DNA of 41,610 nt from an uncultured bacterium (GTDB taxonomy: Bacteria; UBP14; UBA6098; B30-G16). How positions within the stretch are numbered: the stretch's first letter is position 1; each line of letters starts with the position of its first letter. The position numbers and the translations under genes were made by a program. This document shows, piece by piece, positions 9,431 to 18,969 of this stretch. The notes beneath the pieces are model-generated. The model was not told where the DNA came from. It was given only the letters and a program-made list of their open reading frames with translations, and did no database searches. The stretch is taken from contig CBEVQY010000027.1 of assembly GCA_965552135.1 (NCBI GenBank), forward strand, positions 1 through 41,610. Reading direction: 5' to 3'.

Positions 9431-10360
9431 TTACGTGTTTTCGCCGCGCAGGCGCTCCAGGGCTTGGCGAGCCTTCATGCGAACGAAGGGCGAGCTATCC
9501 CACAGGGCTTTTTTGAGCATATTGGCTATTCGCCATCTTCCGCGGAAGTTCGCAAGCGCTTCGCAGGCGAAGCCGCGGACGAAGTGATCAGAATCCTGAA
9601 GGAGCCTTTCAAGTATCGGCAGAGCATCGTCTTCGCCCGTGGCGCCCAGTATCGTTATGAGGTGATACTTCTCCGGCGCTTCGGCGGAGTCGAGCCTTGA
9701 GGCGGCAAGCTCGAACGCAAGCCTTGTGTCGATGTCGGAGATAGCCTTCTCCGCAGCGTACCTGACCGCGTACGACGAGTCGGAGAGCAGCCCAAAGAGG
9801 GGCTCTACCGCCCTTTCCGCCTTCATTCGTCCCAGCGCCAGCGCAGCCTGCCTGCGGACCGAGGCGAAGGAGTCGGATAAGGCGTCCACAAGCACGCAGA
9901 CGGCGGTTGTGTCGCCTATTTTGCCCAGGGCGTTGCACGCGGCGGCTCTGAGGCTTGGATAGCCGTATCTTGCAGCAACCATGAGTGCCGGCAGAGCCTC
10001 TCTTGAGCCTATATCCCCCAGGATGCGCGCGGAGAGGGAGGCGATCCTTTTGTTCGTGTCGGCGATAGCGGTGATGAGATGCGGAACGGCTTTCTTGCCT
10101 ATTCCGCGCAGTGCGCGCTCCGCCGTGAGCACCTTGCGTATGTTCTTGCGCCCCAGCTGCCGTATCAGAAACGGCACCGCGGCTTCGCCGCACTTGATGA
10201 GCTTTTTCTGGGCTTTCCTCCCCTTGGCGTAGAGGCGCACGTCCCCTGCCGACGCCAGAAGGAACCAGTGCCTGATCTTGTTCTTCGGTGCACCACAGGC
10301 GGGCAGAACCGCCCAGAAGATCACCAAAAGAAGCGATATTTTAAGGCGCAGGCGCGGCAC
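9431..10360 (-). CDS. HEAT/PBS-lyase repeat protein, probable lipoprotein
   Basis: Basic N-terminus, hydrophobic stretch and lipobox-like LPAC; tandem VRxxAAxALGxIG...AVxxLxxxLxD repeats. Confidence 0.8.
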   Translation of the reverse strand: MPRLRLKISLLLVIFWAVLPACGAPKNKIRHWFLLASAGDVRLYAKGRKAQKKLIKCGEAAVPFLIRQLGRKNIRKVLTAERALRGIGKKAVPHLITAIADTNKRIASLSARILGDIGSREALPALMVAARYGYPSLRAAACNALGKIGDTTAVCVLVDALSDSFASVRRQAALALGRMKAERAVEPLFGLLSDSSYAVRYAAEKAISDIDTRLAFELAASRLDSAEAPEKYHLITILGATGEDDALPILERLLQDSDHFVRGFACEALANFRGRWRIANMLKKALWDSSPFVRMKARQALERLRGENT

Positions 10361-10368
10361 AGCTCAAC

Positions 10369-11415
10369 CTAAGGCTCGAAGACCCTCGCCACCTCTATAA
10401 GCTCCTGCGGCACCGTTCTTATGCCCTTTGCAGCCTCCTCGAGGCTTACGGGGACGATGTCGAAGCCCCTGAGGACGACCATTACACCGAAGTTTTCGTT
10501 TGCCACCTGGTCAGCTGCTGCTATTCCGAGTCGTGACGCGAACCATCTGTCGAACGCTGATGGTGGACCGCCGCGCTGCAGATGTCCGAGGACGACGTGT
10601 CGCGCCTCCCAGCCGGTGCGCTTCTGGAGCTCCTTGGCAAGGATCTTGCCTATGCCGCCCAGGTGAACGTGTCCAAACTCGTCGACCTCGGCGTCCTGCG
10701 TTATTATGTCCGTTCCCTCGGCGAACTTGAGCTTCGCCCCCTCGGAGACAGCGACCATCGCGTACTTCCTGCCCTGTTCGCGCAGCCTGCGGAGCTTTTC
10801 GGCGACCTCGTCGAGGTCGAAGGGTTCTTCGGGCAGAAGTATGATATCTGCTGCGCCGGCAACGCCGCCCACAAGCGTCATCCAGCCGGCGTGCCTGCCC
10901 ATAACCTCAACGACCATGATCCTGTGGTGTGAGCGCGCCGTGGTGCGCAGCCTATCGAAAGCCTCCATAACGCGGTTTACCGCGGTGTCGAAGCCGAAGC
11001 ACTGGTCGGTGCCGGGCAGGTCGTTGTCGATTGTTTTGGGCGCGCCAACTGTGGGAATGTCGTACTCCTTGTAAAGGCGGTAGGCTGTGCCGAGGGTGTC
11101 CTCGCCGCCCAGAGCGATGAGGGCGTCGAGCCCGAGTTTCTCGAAGTTCTCCTTGCACTTGGCTCCGCCGTCCTCGCGCTTGAACGGGTTTGTGCGCGAT
11201 GAGCCCAGAAACGAGCCGCCCTCCCAGCCGAGATCGTAGACGTCGTCGATGGTGAGGGGCACCGTGAGGTTCTCCAGAAGCCCCTTCCAGCCGTCGAGGA
11301 TGCCGACGAACTCGAAGCCATATTTCTTCACGCCGCGGTATACGGCGCCCCTAATGACCTGGTTGAGTCCGGGCGCATCGCCGCCACCCGTAAGAATGCC
11401 CACGCGCTTCGACAT
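10369..11415 (-). CDS. pfkA: 6-phosphofructokinase (PfkA family, PPi-dependent signature)
   Basis: TGGGDAPG, GSSR, GGEDT, PKTIDND, EVMGR and LGHLQRGG motifs; strong SD (GGAAGGAGG) upstream. Confidence 0.95.
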   Translation of the reverse strand: MSKRVGILTGGGDAPGLNQVIRGAVYRGVKKYGFEFVGILDGWKGLLENLTVPLTIDDVYDLGWEGGSFLGSSRTNPFKREDGGAKCKENFEKLGLDALIALGGEDTLGTAYRLYKEYDIPTVGAPKTIDNDLPGTDQCFGFDTAVNRVMEAFDRLRTTARSHHRIMVVEVMGRHAGWMTLVGGVAGAADIILLPEEPFDLDEVAEKLRRLREQGRKYAMVAVSEGAKLKFAEGTDIITQDAEVDEFGHVHLGGIGKILAKELQKRTGWEARHVVLGHLQRGGPPSAFDRWFASRLGIAAADQVANENFGVMVVLRGFDIVPVSLEEAAKGIRTVPQELIEVARVFEP

Positions 11416-11499
11416 CGCAAACCTCCTTCCGCAAGCTTCGTTTTATTCAATGAAAGCCGCCGCTTTGGTGTAGGCAACAGAATTTGCGGCGCATCCCCA

Positions 11500-13044
11500 T
11501 TATTCCCACTCAATCGTTCCCGGCGGCTTTGTCGTGACGTCGTATGTGACCCTGTTTATCCCTTTGACCTCGTTGACTATGCGCGCCGAGATTTTGGCGA
11601 TAAGTTCGTGTGGGAGCTTAGCCCAGTCGGCGGTCATTCCGTCGGTGGATTCGACCGCCCGCAGGACGACGGCGTATTCGTAGGTTCGCTCGTCGCCCAT
11701 AACGCCCACCGTCCGCACGGGCAAAAGCACCGCGAAAGCCTGCCAAACCCTTTCGTACCACCCGCTTCGGCGGAGCTCCTCGATGAATATCCAGTCGGCT
11801 TCGCGCAGAAGCGAAAGCTTTTCCTCAGTGACCTCGCCCAAGACCCTTACGGCAAGCCCCGGTCCGGGGAATGGGTGACGCCACAGCATCTCTTTGGGCA
11901 GGCCGAGCCTTTCGCCAAGGCGCCTCACTTCGTCCTTGAAGAGCTCCCGCAGGGGCTCGATGAGCTTAAACCCAAGCTTTTCCGGCAGACCGCCCACGTT
12001 GTGGTGCGTCTTTATCTTCGCCGATGGTCCGCGGAAAGACGTCGACTCGATAAGGTCGGGGTAAAGCGTTCCCTGAGCGAGCCAGCGGGCGTTGGGGATC
12101 GACCTCGCCTCGCGCTCGAAGACCTCGATGAACGTGTGACCTATGATGCGTCTCTTCTCCTCGGGGTCAACGACGCCGCGCAGCCTGTCCAAAAAGAGCT
12201 TGGAGGCATCTACCAGGCGCGGCCGGAATCCAAAAGCCGATTCGAACCCCTCCACAACCTCCTTGGCTTCGTCCTTCCTCAAAAGCCCGTTGTCGACGAA
12301 TATGGGCACGAGGCGTTTTCCCACCGCTTGGGCGAGGAGCTTTGCCACGACGGTCGAGTCGACGCCGCCGGAGTACGCCAGCACAACGCGCTCGTCGGGT
12401 GCGACGAGCGAGCGGATTTCGTCCACCTTCCGCTGGGCGTAGTCGCCAAGGTCCCAGCTTTTTCTGCAGCGGCAGATGCGGCGGACGAAGTTCTCGAGGA
12501 TTCTCGTCCCGAACTGCGTGTGCGCCACCTCGGGATGGAACTGTGTTGCGAAAAGCCCTCTTTTGGCGTCGGCCATGGCGGCTACGGGGAGCTTTTGCGT
12601 GTGAGCGAGTCGAGCGAACCCCGGCGGCACCGTTTCGATGTTGTCGCCGTGGCTCATCCAGACGGAGAAGGTTTTGGGCACGTCCGCCAGAAGCTCATCC
12701 GGCTCGTCGACGATAAGTGTTGCTGGGCCGTACTCGCGCCTGGCTGATCTCGCGAGCTTGCCGCCGAAAAGTTTTGCCATAAGCTGCATCCCGTAGCATA
12801 TCCCCAAAACGGGCACGCCGAGGTCGAAGACCTCTTTGCGCACGGTCGGCGCGTTCTCGTCGAAGACGGATGAGGGACCGCCGGAGAGCACAACGCCGCG
12901 CAGGCTTTCGTCGGCAAAGCTTTCCGGGGGCGCGCTGCACGGCACAAGCTCGGAGTATACCCCAAGCTCCCGTATGCGGCGGGCGATAAGCTGAGAGTAC
13001 TGCGAGCCGAAGTCGAGTATCGTTATCTTCTCGTCCGGCATCAT
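11500..13044 (-). CDS. guaA: GMP synthase (glutamine-hydrolysing)
   Basis: [44 protein letters not shown] and terminal KPPGTIEWE. Start is ATG 13044 or 13041. Confidence 0.98.
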   Translation of the reverse strand: MMPDEKITILDFGSQYSQLIARRIRELGVYSELVPCSAPPESFADESLRGVVLSGGPSSVFDENAPTVRKEVFDLGVPVLGICYGMQLMAKLFGGKLARSARREYGPATLIVDEPDELLADVPKTFSVWMSHGDNIETVPPGFARLAHTQKLPVAAMADAKRGLFATQFHPEVAHTQFGTRILENFVRRICRCRKSWDLGDYAQRKVDEIRSLVAPDERVVLAYSGGVDSTVVAKLLAQAVGKRLVPIFVDNGLLRKDEAKEVVEGFESAFGFRPRLVDASKLFLDRLRGVVDPEEKRRIIGHTFIEVFEREARSIPNARWLAQGTLYPDLIESTSFRGPSAKIKTHHNVGGLPEKLGFKLIEPLRELFKDEVRRLGERLGLPKEMLWRHPFPGPGLAVRVLGEVTEEKLSLLREADWIFIEELRRSGWYERVWQAFAVLLPVRTVGVMGDERTYEYAVVLRAVESTDGMTADWAKLPHELIAKISARIVNEVKGINRVTYDVTTKPPGTIEWE

Positions 13045-13292
13045 TGCCTCGGGTCGACTATCGCGACTATAGCTGTGTCGGCGGGTGAGCGCTTTGTTGC
13101 CTTGCTTTGGCGCGCTGCGCTGCCCGAAACGGTCAATACCTCGTCGCCAACGCCCGCATCGACCGTGTCGACGGCAAGAAAGTAGTCGAAGCTGCCGCCG
13201 AGGTCCTCGCGCAAAATCAGGATCTTGTACCCCTCAAGCTCCTCGCACTGCCTCGAAACCCAGAGTTTACCCACAACCTTCGCCCTGCGCAT
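13041..13292 (-). CDS. EutN/CcmL family bacterial microcompartment vertex (BMC-P) protein
   Basis: 83-aa product from ATG 13292: [13 protein letters not shown]...LEGYKILIL...[14 protein letters not shown]...GSAAR...[11 protein letters not shown], which carries the characteristic EutN/CcmL motifs. Confidence 0.9.
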   Translation of the reverse strand: MRRAKVVGKLWVSRQCEELEGYKILILREDLGGSFDYFLAVDTVDAGVGDEVLTVSGSAARQSKATKRSPADTAIVAIVDPRQ

Positions 13293-13332
13293 AGCGCGTT
13301 TATGAAACAAAAGCTTCCTTTGTGTGTCAAAG

Positions 13333-14271
13333 CTAATTTTCGCTGCGAACGCGGGTTGTGTAGAAGCCGTCCTTCGTCTTTGCGATGATCTTTTTCTGCA
13401 CGAGGGCATCGAGCGCGCTTAGGACGAGGTCTTCAGGGGCTTTGAGCGCGTCGGCGATGTTGTGCGCCGTTTCGGGTCGACGGCGGAGGAGCTCCAGGAC
13501 GCGGTTGGCGAGGTCCGCTATCTCCAGAGCCTCCTTTGTGGGCGGAGCGAACTTCCCCACGATGCGGCACCTTTCGCCGAATACCGCCTTTGCGCGGACG
13601 ACGACGTCGTCGGATGGTGGTTTGACCCACGGCTCCGCAGGCGGACGCACAGGCGTGTTTATGTCGATCCAGCGCGGGTTTAGCTGGGAAAGCAGCTCCG
13701 AAAGCGCGGCAAGGTGCTCGTCCGAGTCGTTAACGCCGGAAACAAGCATGACCTCTGCCCACACCTCTCCCTCGAACTCCGACGCAAAGAGCCTCAGCCC
13801 CTCCACGTGCCTTTCGAAATCGGCGGTTGGATGTGGTCTGTGGAGCTTTGTGTAGGTTTCTTCGTCTGCGGCGGCTACGGTTGGGACTACGATGTCGGCT
13901 GCGCTCAGAGCCTCGCGGACCTCGCTGCGCCAGAGCGTCGTGCCGTTTGTGAGGACGACAACCCTTTGGGGGAAGTTCTCCCTCGCGAACTGCACAAGTC
14001 TCCCCAGGTGTTTCCAGAGTGTCGGCTCGCCGCTTCCCGAAAACGTTATGGCGTCGGCTTCGCCGCCCGCACCGAAGAAGGCGACAAGCTCGCTCTCCAC
14101 CTTCTCGGGGGAGACGCCCTCCACAAGCCTGTCCGCGGCTATTGTCGGAGCTGAGCCGAGCTGGCAGTAGACGCAGTTGTGAGTGCAGCTTTTGCGCTCA
14201 AAGGGATCTATACCAAGTGATCTCCCCAGCCGGCGAGACGGCACAGGTCCGTATATGGTTTCGAAGCTCAT
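13333..14271 (-). CDS. Radical SAM protein (uncharacterised YGPVPSRRLG family) with C-terminal helix-turn-helix-like region
   Basis: CTHNCVYC CxxxCxxC motif, SGSGEPTL, LTNGT, GVND; N-terminal YGPVPSRRLGRSLG. Confidence 0.9.
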   Translation of the reverse strand: MSFETIYGPVPSRRLGRSLGIDPFERKSCTHNCVYCQLGSAPTIAADRLVEGVSPEKVESELVAFFGAGGEADAITFSGSGEPTLWKHLGRLVQFARENFPQRVVVLTNGTTLWRSEVREALSAADIVVPTVAAADEETYTKLHRPHPTADFERHVEGLRLFASEFEGEVWAEVMLVSGVNDSDEHLAALSELLSQLNPRWIDINTPVRPPAEPWVKPPSDDVVVRAKAVFGERCRIVGKFAPPTKEALEIADLANRVLELLRRRPETAHNIADALKAPEDLVLSALDALVQKKIIAKTKDGFYTTRVRSEN

Positions 14272-14274
14272 AGC

Positions 14275-16857
14275 TTATTGTTCCAGCTTTCTTCTGAGTT
14301 CGTCGAGCTCTTCGAGGGACTTTACCAGCACCTCCCGCGCCTTGCTCCCCTCGAATGGACCGACTATCCCCGCAGCTTCGAGCTGATCTATAAGCGATGC
14401 TGCGCGGGTGTATCCTATTCTGAGCTTTCGCTGCAGGTGCGACGCTGATCCTTTCTGCGCCAGGACGACTATTTTTGCCGCCTCCCAGAAGAGTTCGTCG
14501 CGCTGCTGTTCAACGGCTCGGCGCGCAAGCTCCTCCTTGAACGAGATCTCCGTCTGCTGCGGGTTCGGGAAACCCTTCAGGTACTCCACGAGCGCCTCGG
14601 TCTCCTCGGTGGAGACGTATGAGCCGTGTATCCTTATCGGGTCGGCGAAGCCGCTTGGCAAATACAGCATATCCCCCTGACCTATGAGGCGTTCTGCGCC
14701 GCCCATGTCGAGTATGGTGCGGGAGTCGATGCGGCTTCTGACCTTAAACGCTATCCTCGATGGGAAGTTTGCCTTTATTATCCCCGTCACCACGTCGACC
14801 GACGGTCTTTGAGTGGCGATGACGAGGTGTATTCCCACGGCGCGCGCCATCTGCGCAAGGCGCGCTATCGGCTCCTCGACCTCGCTCGCCACCGTCATCA
14901 TAAGGTCGGCAAGCTCGTCTATGATGACGACGATCCTGGGGAGAGGCTGCCCGAGGGATGGGTTTTTCTCGACGGCTTTGTTGTAGTCCGAAAGCTTTCG
15001 GACTCTGGCTTCGGCGAGGCGCCTGTAACGGTGCTCCATCTCGCCCAAAACCCAGTTGAGCGCCGCAGAAGCCTCCTTGTTCTCGGTGACGACCGGCGCA
15101 AGCAGGAACGGTATCCCGTTGTAGATCGAAAGCTCGAGCCTTTTGGGGTCTATGAGCAGGAGCCTGAGCTCCTTAGGCGTCCTTTTGTAGACGAGGCTTG
15201 TTATTATCGCGTTTATGCACACGGATTTTCCTGAGCCTGTGGCGCCGGCGATGAGCAGGTGAGGCATTTTGGCGAGGTCTGCGACGACCGGCTCGCCCGC
15301 AACGCCTCGACCCAAAGCCATCGGGAGCGCCGCCTTCGTGTTCTGGAACGCGGGCGACTCGATGACGCTTCGGATGTGGACGACCTCGGGCTCGGGGTTG
15401 GGCACCTCTATCCCGACGGTTCCCTTGCCCGGCAGCGGGGCGACTATGCGGACGTCCTGCGCCTTCAGCGCCAGGGTGAGGTCATCGGCGAGCTGGGCGA
15501 TGCGCGAAACCTTCGTCCCCGGTTCGGGCTCGAACTCGTAGCGGGTTATGACGGGTCCCGGCGTGATCGCCGTAACGCGCCCGCGGATGCCGTAGGTCTG
15601 CAGCGCCTCATAGAGCTTCCTCGCCTTCGACTGCAGCTCCGCCTCGGAGTAGTGTGACCTCCGCGGGGGCTGAGGTTTCAAAAGCGAGGTCGGCGGCGGA
15701 GTGTATGGCGCGTCGAAAAGCACAATGCCCTCGTCCTCCGGCTGTGTGGGCGTTGGTGGAGAAGGGGTTCCCAGCTCGGGTTCCTCCGCTTCGGCGGGCT
15801 CGATCTCGATCCCTGGGCTTTCCGGCACCTCGATGACCTCGGGGGCAGCCTCGCCGGACGCCTCCTCCTGCGGCTTCGCCTTTACCTCGACCGCGTCGAC
15901 CAGCCCTGGGGCGCTTTGCGGGATATCGCGCAAAAGCCACGGCGGGAGCTCCTCGTCCACAACCTGCGGCTCGGGTGCTTGTGATTCCTCTTCCTGTGGC
16001 TCCGCCGACGGCGCAGGGGGCGTGATGACCTCCTCCTCGACGTCGCTCGGCTCGAACGGCGGCTCCACCGCCTCCGACGGCCTGTCGTGCGCCGTTACTA
16101 TCGGCGGTGGCACGAAGTCATCGCAAAGACCGGGCGAGGTCTGCTCGGCGGGCTTTTTCTCCGGGACCTTCCTTTTCGGCAGAAGCGCCTCGGGCACGGC
16201 GCCGGGGACGATGTTGCCGGTGCGCTCCGCAGCAATGCGCCTGTAGAGCTGCTCCTGGCGGCGACGGTATTCCTCGATGATCCTGCGGCGCTCTTCGTCC
16301 CTGCGGCGACGACGTTGCTCCGCAGCTCTAGAGAACATCCCAACGGCAGAAGAGGTGAGCTGCGCCAGAAGGCGGGCGGGACGCCTGAAGCCTATCCCCG
16401 TCGAGAGGAGCGCCCAGCACAAAAAGGCGCCGAACGCCACGAGGACCTTTCCAAACAACCCAAGGTGATCGAGCAGATCCGCGAGGGATGTCCCCCAGGC
16501 GCCTATTACGGCGTCCTTATATTCTCCCGCCACCGCCGCCACGGGCAGCGCAAGGGCGACGGTCCAGCCGACGACGTAGCCCGTAAGCTTGAGAAACTGC
16601 GTCGCCTTCCACCCAAAGGCTCTGGCTACCCCCCACGATACGAGGAGCACCCCAAGCGAAAGCCCAAAGTAGCCCATAGCCCCGACGACGTGCATCGCTA
16701 TCCAGGCGCCGAAGGGTCCGGTGACGTTGCACACCCTACGGGGAGGGGGAAGAAACCACTCCCCGCGGCGGATGTCCCGTGGTGTGTGGGTAACTACGGC
16801 GAGGATCAAACCGATGCCCGCAAGAATCAGTAATATAGCGGCGAAAACCCGTCTCAT
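14275..16857 (-). CDS. ftsK: DNA translocase FtsK
   Basis: N-terminal TM domain, Pro/Glu-rich linker, GPVITRYE, Walker A GATGSGKS, Walker B IIDELAD, ATQRPS and gamma domain LQRKLRIGYTRAA. ATG 16857 has GAGGAG directly upstream. Confidence 0.97.
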   Translation of the reverse strand: MRRVFAAILLILAGIGLILAVVTHTPRDIRRGEWFLPPPRRVCNVTGPFGAWIAMHVVGAMGYFGLSLGVLLVSWGVARAFGWKATQFLKLTGYVVGWTVALALPVAAVAGEYKDAVIGAWGTSLADLLDHLGLFGKVLVAFGAFLCWALLSTGIGFRRPARLLAQLTSSAVGMFSRAAEQRRRRRDEERRRIIEEYRRRQEQLYRRIAAERTGNIVPGAVPEALLPKRKVPEKKPAEQTSPGLCDDFVPPPIVTAHDRPSEAVEPPFEPSDVEEEVITPPAPSAEPQEEESQAPEPQVVDEELPPWLLRDIPQSAPGLVDAVEVKAKPQEEASGEAAPEVIEVPESPGIEIEPAEAEEPELGTPSPPTPTQPEDEGIVLFDAPYTPPPTSLLKPQPPRRSHYSEAELQSKARKLYEALQTYGIRGRVTAITPGPVITRYEFEPEPGTKVSRIAQLADDLTLALKAQDVRIVAPLPGKGTVGIEVPNPEPEVVHIRSVIESPAFQNTKAALPMALGRGVAGEPVVADLAKMPHLLIAGATGSGKSVCINAIITSLVYKRTPKELRLLLIDPKRLELSIYNGIPFLLAPVVTENKEASAALNWVLGEMEHRYRRLAEARVRKLSDYNKAVEKNPSLGQPLPRIVVIIDELADLMMTVASEVEEPIARLAQMARAVGIHLVIATQRPSVDVVTGIIKANFPSRIAFKVRSRIDSRTILDMGGAERLIGQGDMLYLPSGFADPIRIHGSYVSTEETEALVEYLKGFPNPQQTEISFKEELARRAVEQQRDELFWEAAKIVVLAQKGSASHLQRKLRIGYTRAASLIDQLEAAGIVGPFEGSKAREVLVKSLEELDELRRKLEQ

Positions 16858-16883
16858 CTCCTCATCACCCAATAAATTTAAGC

Positions 16884-16912
16884 TTGACAGCGATGTAAGC
16901 AACAGATAATTT
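16884..16912 (+). promoter_or_regulatory. sigma70-type promoter for tRNA-Lys/lspA
   Basis: TTGACA (16884-16889), 17-nt spacer, TAATTT (16907-16912), about 10 nt upstream of the tRNA. Confidence 0.6.
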
Positions 16913-16922
16913 TGTAAAGTGT

Positions 16923-16995
16923 GGGGGTGTAGCTCAGGTGGTAGAGCAACGGCTTTTTAAGCCGTGGGTCGAAGGTTCGAGTCCTTCCACCCTCA
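16923..16995 (+). tRNA. tRNA-Lys (anticodon UUU), CCA not encoded
   Basis: Cloverleaf: acceptor GGGGGTG/CACCCTC, D-arm GCTC/GAGC, anticodon stem ACGGC/GCCGT with loop TT-TTT-AA, T-arm GAAGG-TTCGAGT-CCTTC, discriminator A. Confidence 0.96.
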
Positions 16996-17017
16996 CGTCT
17001 TTTTTGGATTTTATTTT

Positions 17018-17542
17018 ATGACCGTGGATTCCGGCTCCGCAAATCCCCCGTGGATCAAGGTTGTGGTCCTTTCCCTCGGCGTTGTTGCGCTTGATCGCGT
17101 GACGAAGGCGCTCGTTGTGCGCTCCCTTTGCGCCGGCGAGTCGAGGGAGGTTTTGGGGGATGTGTTCCGCATAACCCTCGTCCACAACCCCGGCGGCGCA
17201 TTCGGAACGAAGCTTGGTGGGAACGCCTTCTACATCGTGGCGGCTTTGGTGGCTGCAGTTGTGCTTATCGTCTGGTTGTTGCGGCAAAGGCACTCCGTCG
17301 TGGGGCTTACGGGGATATCGCTTATGCTGGGCGGCGCGTTGGGAAATCTGTGGGACAGGGTGGCTTTCGGTCTCGTTACCGATTTCATCGACATAGGCGT
17401 CGGAGCGACGAGGTGGCCAACCTTCAACATCGCCGACTCTGCCGTGACCGTTGGGATCGCCCTCGTGATCCTGCAAGAGGTGCTATCGACGACTAAACGA
17501 CGCAGCGCAAAGCCCAAGCAGCAAGAGGGAGGGGAGAGCTGA
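17018..17542 (+). CDS. lspA: Lipoprotein signal peptidase II
   Basis: LDRVTKA, HNPGGAFG, GGALGNLWDR, VTDFID and WPTFNIADS motifs. ATG 17018 follows the tRNA. Confidence 0.95.
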   Translation: MTVDSGSANPPWIKVVVLSLGVVALDRVTKALVVRSLCAGESREVLGDVFRITLVHNPGGAFGTKLGGNAFYIVAALVAAVVLIVWLLRQRHSVVGLTGISLMLGGALGNLWDRVAFGLVTDFIDIGVGATRWPTFNIADSAVTVGIALVILQEVLSTTKRRSAKPKQQEGGES

Positions 17543-18963
17543 ACGTAGTTTTCGCCTTTTTCTTCGCCTTCGTTGCGACCGCTTTAGGTCAGGATTCGGT
17601 CTTCGCGATCTGGGACACCGCCGCGCTGTTTGACCCAACAACCCTCGACGTCGAGACGCTTTGGGTTTCGGATACCGCGGTGCTTGGGAGGACGTACAGC
17701 ATAGGCGAGGTTTGCCTAAGTTCTGTTGGCAGCGGCGGCGAGGACGTTCGCATCCAAGCCTTCTTCGCGTTTTCGGAGGGCGGTGGTCCTAAGCCGGCGG
17801 TTGTCGTTGGGCGTGGTCTTGGTGGTTCCGGGTCAGTGGAGGTGGCGCTTGGCGGTGCGTTCGGTGTTCAGGGGGCTGCGCTGTCGATCTCAGGCCCGGG
17901 ATGTGGGGAAAGCGAGGGGCAAAGCTCAGAGCCGGTAAACTGGATCAACACGCTCCCGTCGTCCAGAACAGCTGGATGTATCGGTATGTCTGCGCCGCCT
18001 TCGCGGGATGATGTATCTTTTGACGTCGCCCGACGTCGACTCGAATTGGGTCGGCTACACCGGGGCGTCCGCCGGCGGCGTTATGACCCTCATAGCCTCC
18101 GCCGTTGACAGCCGGTGTAGCTTCGCCGCACCGCTTTTGACCTCTGGAACTTGGGACGTCGCCGCGGAGTGCGAGGGCGCCTGGTTCTACGAGGCTGTAG
18201 GCGACTCCATCCCCCCCGACGACGAGAGAGTCGAAAGGTTTTTGCGGTTCCTCGACCCCGTAAGGTACTGCGGTGCGCGCGATATCCCCGTGCTGCTTAT
18301 CGTCGGCGCGCAGGACGAGTTCTTCCCAATAAACGCCGTTGCCGCTTATTGCGACTCGTGCCTCGGCGGGGTGTCTCGGTTCCGCCCGTGCCGGCAGCAG
18401 GCGTTATTGCGATTGGCTCGAGCGCGAGATTCTACGCAAACGTAGACCCAATGCTTGCGACAAGCGTCAAGCTATGGGTTTCCGTTGATTCGGGCTGGAC
18501 ATACGACGAATACGCCATGTCCGGCTCGCCCGCAACGGAATACACCGCGGATGTGATTCTGCCCCCGGGCTGCAGCGCTGACAACATTATCTTTTTCGTT
18601 GAAGCCAGCGGCGGCGGCTTGACCTTCACCTCGCTGCCCGTTGTGCCGCTCCCGCCAAAGCTTCGACCCTATCCGTGGTCGTCCGAGGTTGGGGATGGCT
18701 TTGCGCAGCTTGCCCCCGCCGTCCGCGCAAAGCCCAATCCCTTCGGATCGTTCTGTGAGATATCTGTGCCGGGCGATGCCCGGGTTTTGATCGTTGATCT
18801 TGGTGGGAGGGTGGTCGCAAGTTTTCCGCGCGGTGATCTTCCGCGGGGCGCCGTGAGGCGCCTGATCTGGCTGCCCGATGCCGCCCTGCCCGCGGGCGTT
18901 TACGTCGTCGACGTGGTGTGCGGCAGAGTTCGGGCGCGCAAGCGGGTGCTGTACCTCAGGTGA
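17539..18963 (+). pseudogene. Frameshifted secreted alpha/beta-hydrolase (acetyl-esterase-like) with T9SS-like C-terminal domain
   Basis: Signal-peptide-like LNVVFAFFFAFVATALG from CTG 17539. Coherent protein sequence continues across frame changes at about 17960, 18003 and 18370. Contains a GASAG nucleophile elbow, GAQDEFFP acid motif and C-terminal KPNPF...DLGGRVV...LPAGVY...KRVLYLR. Confidence 0.75.
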
Positions 18964-18969
18964 GCGCGG

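Noticed and set aside
16964..17017. ORF-track N-terminal extension of lspA
   Set aside because: It overlaps the tRNA-Lys gene. ATG 17018 gives a normal-length LspA.
16923..18963. tRNA-Lys as an integration site for an island
   Set aside because: I saw no duplicated tRNA 3' end and no integrase, and the following gene is housekeeping lspA.
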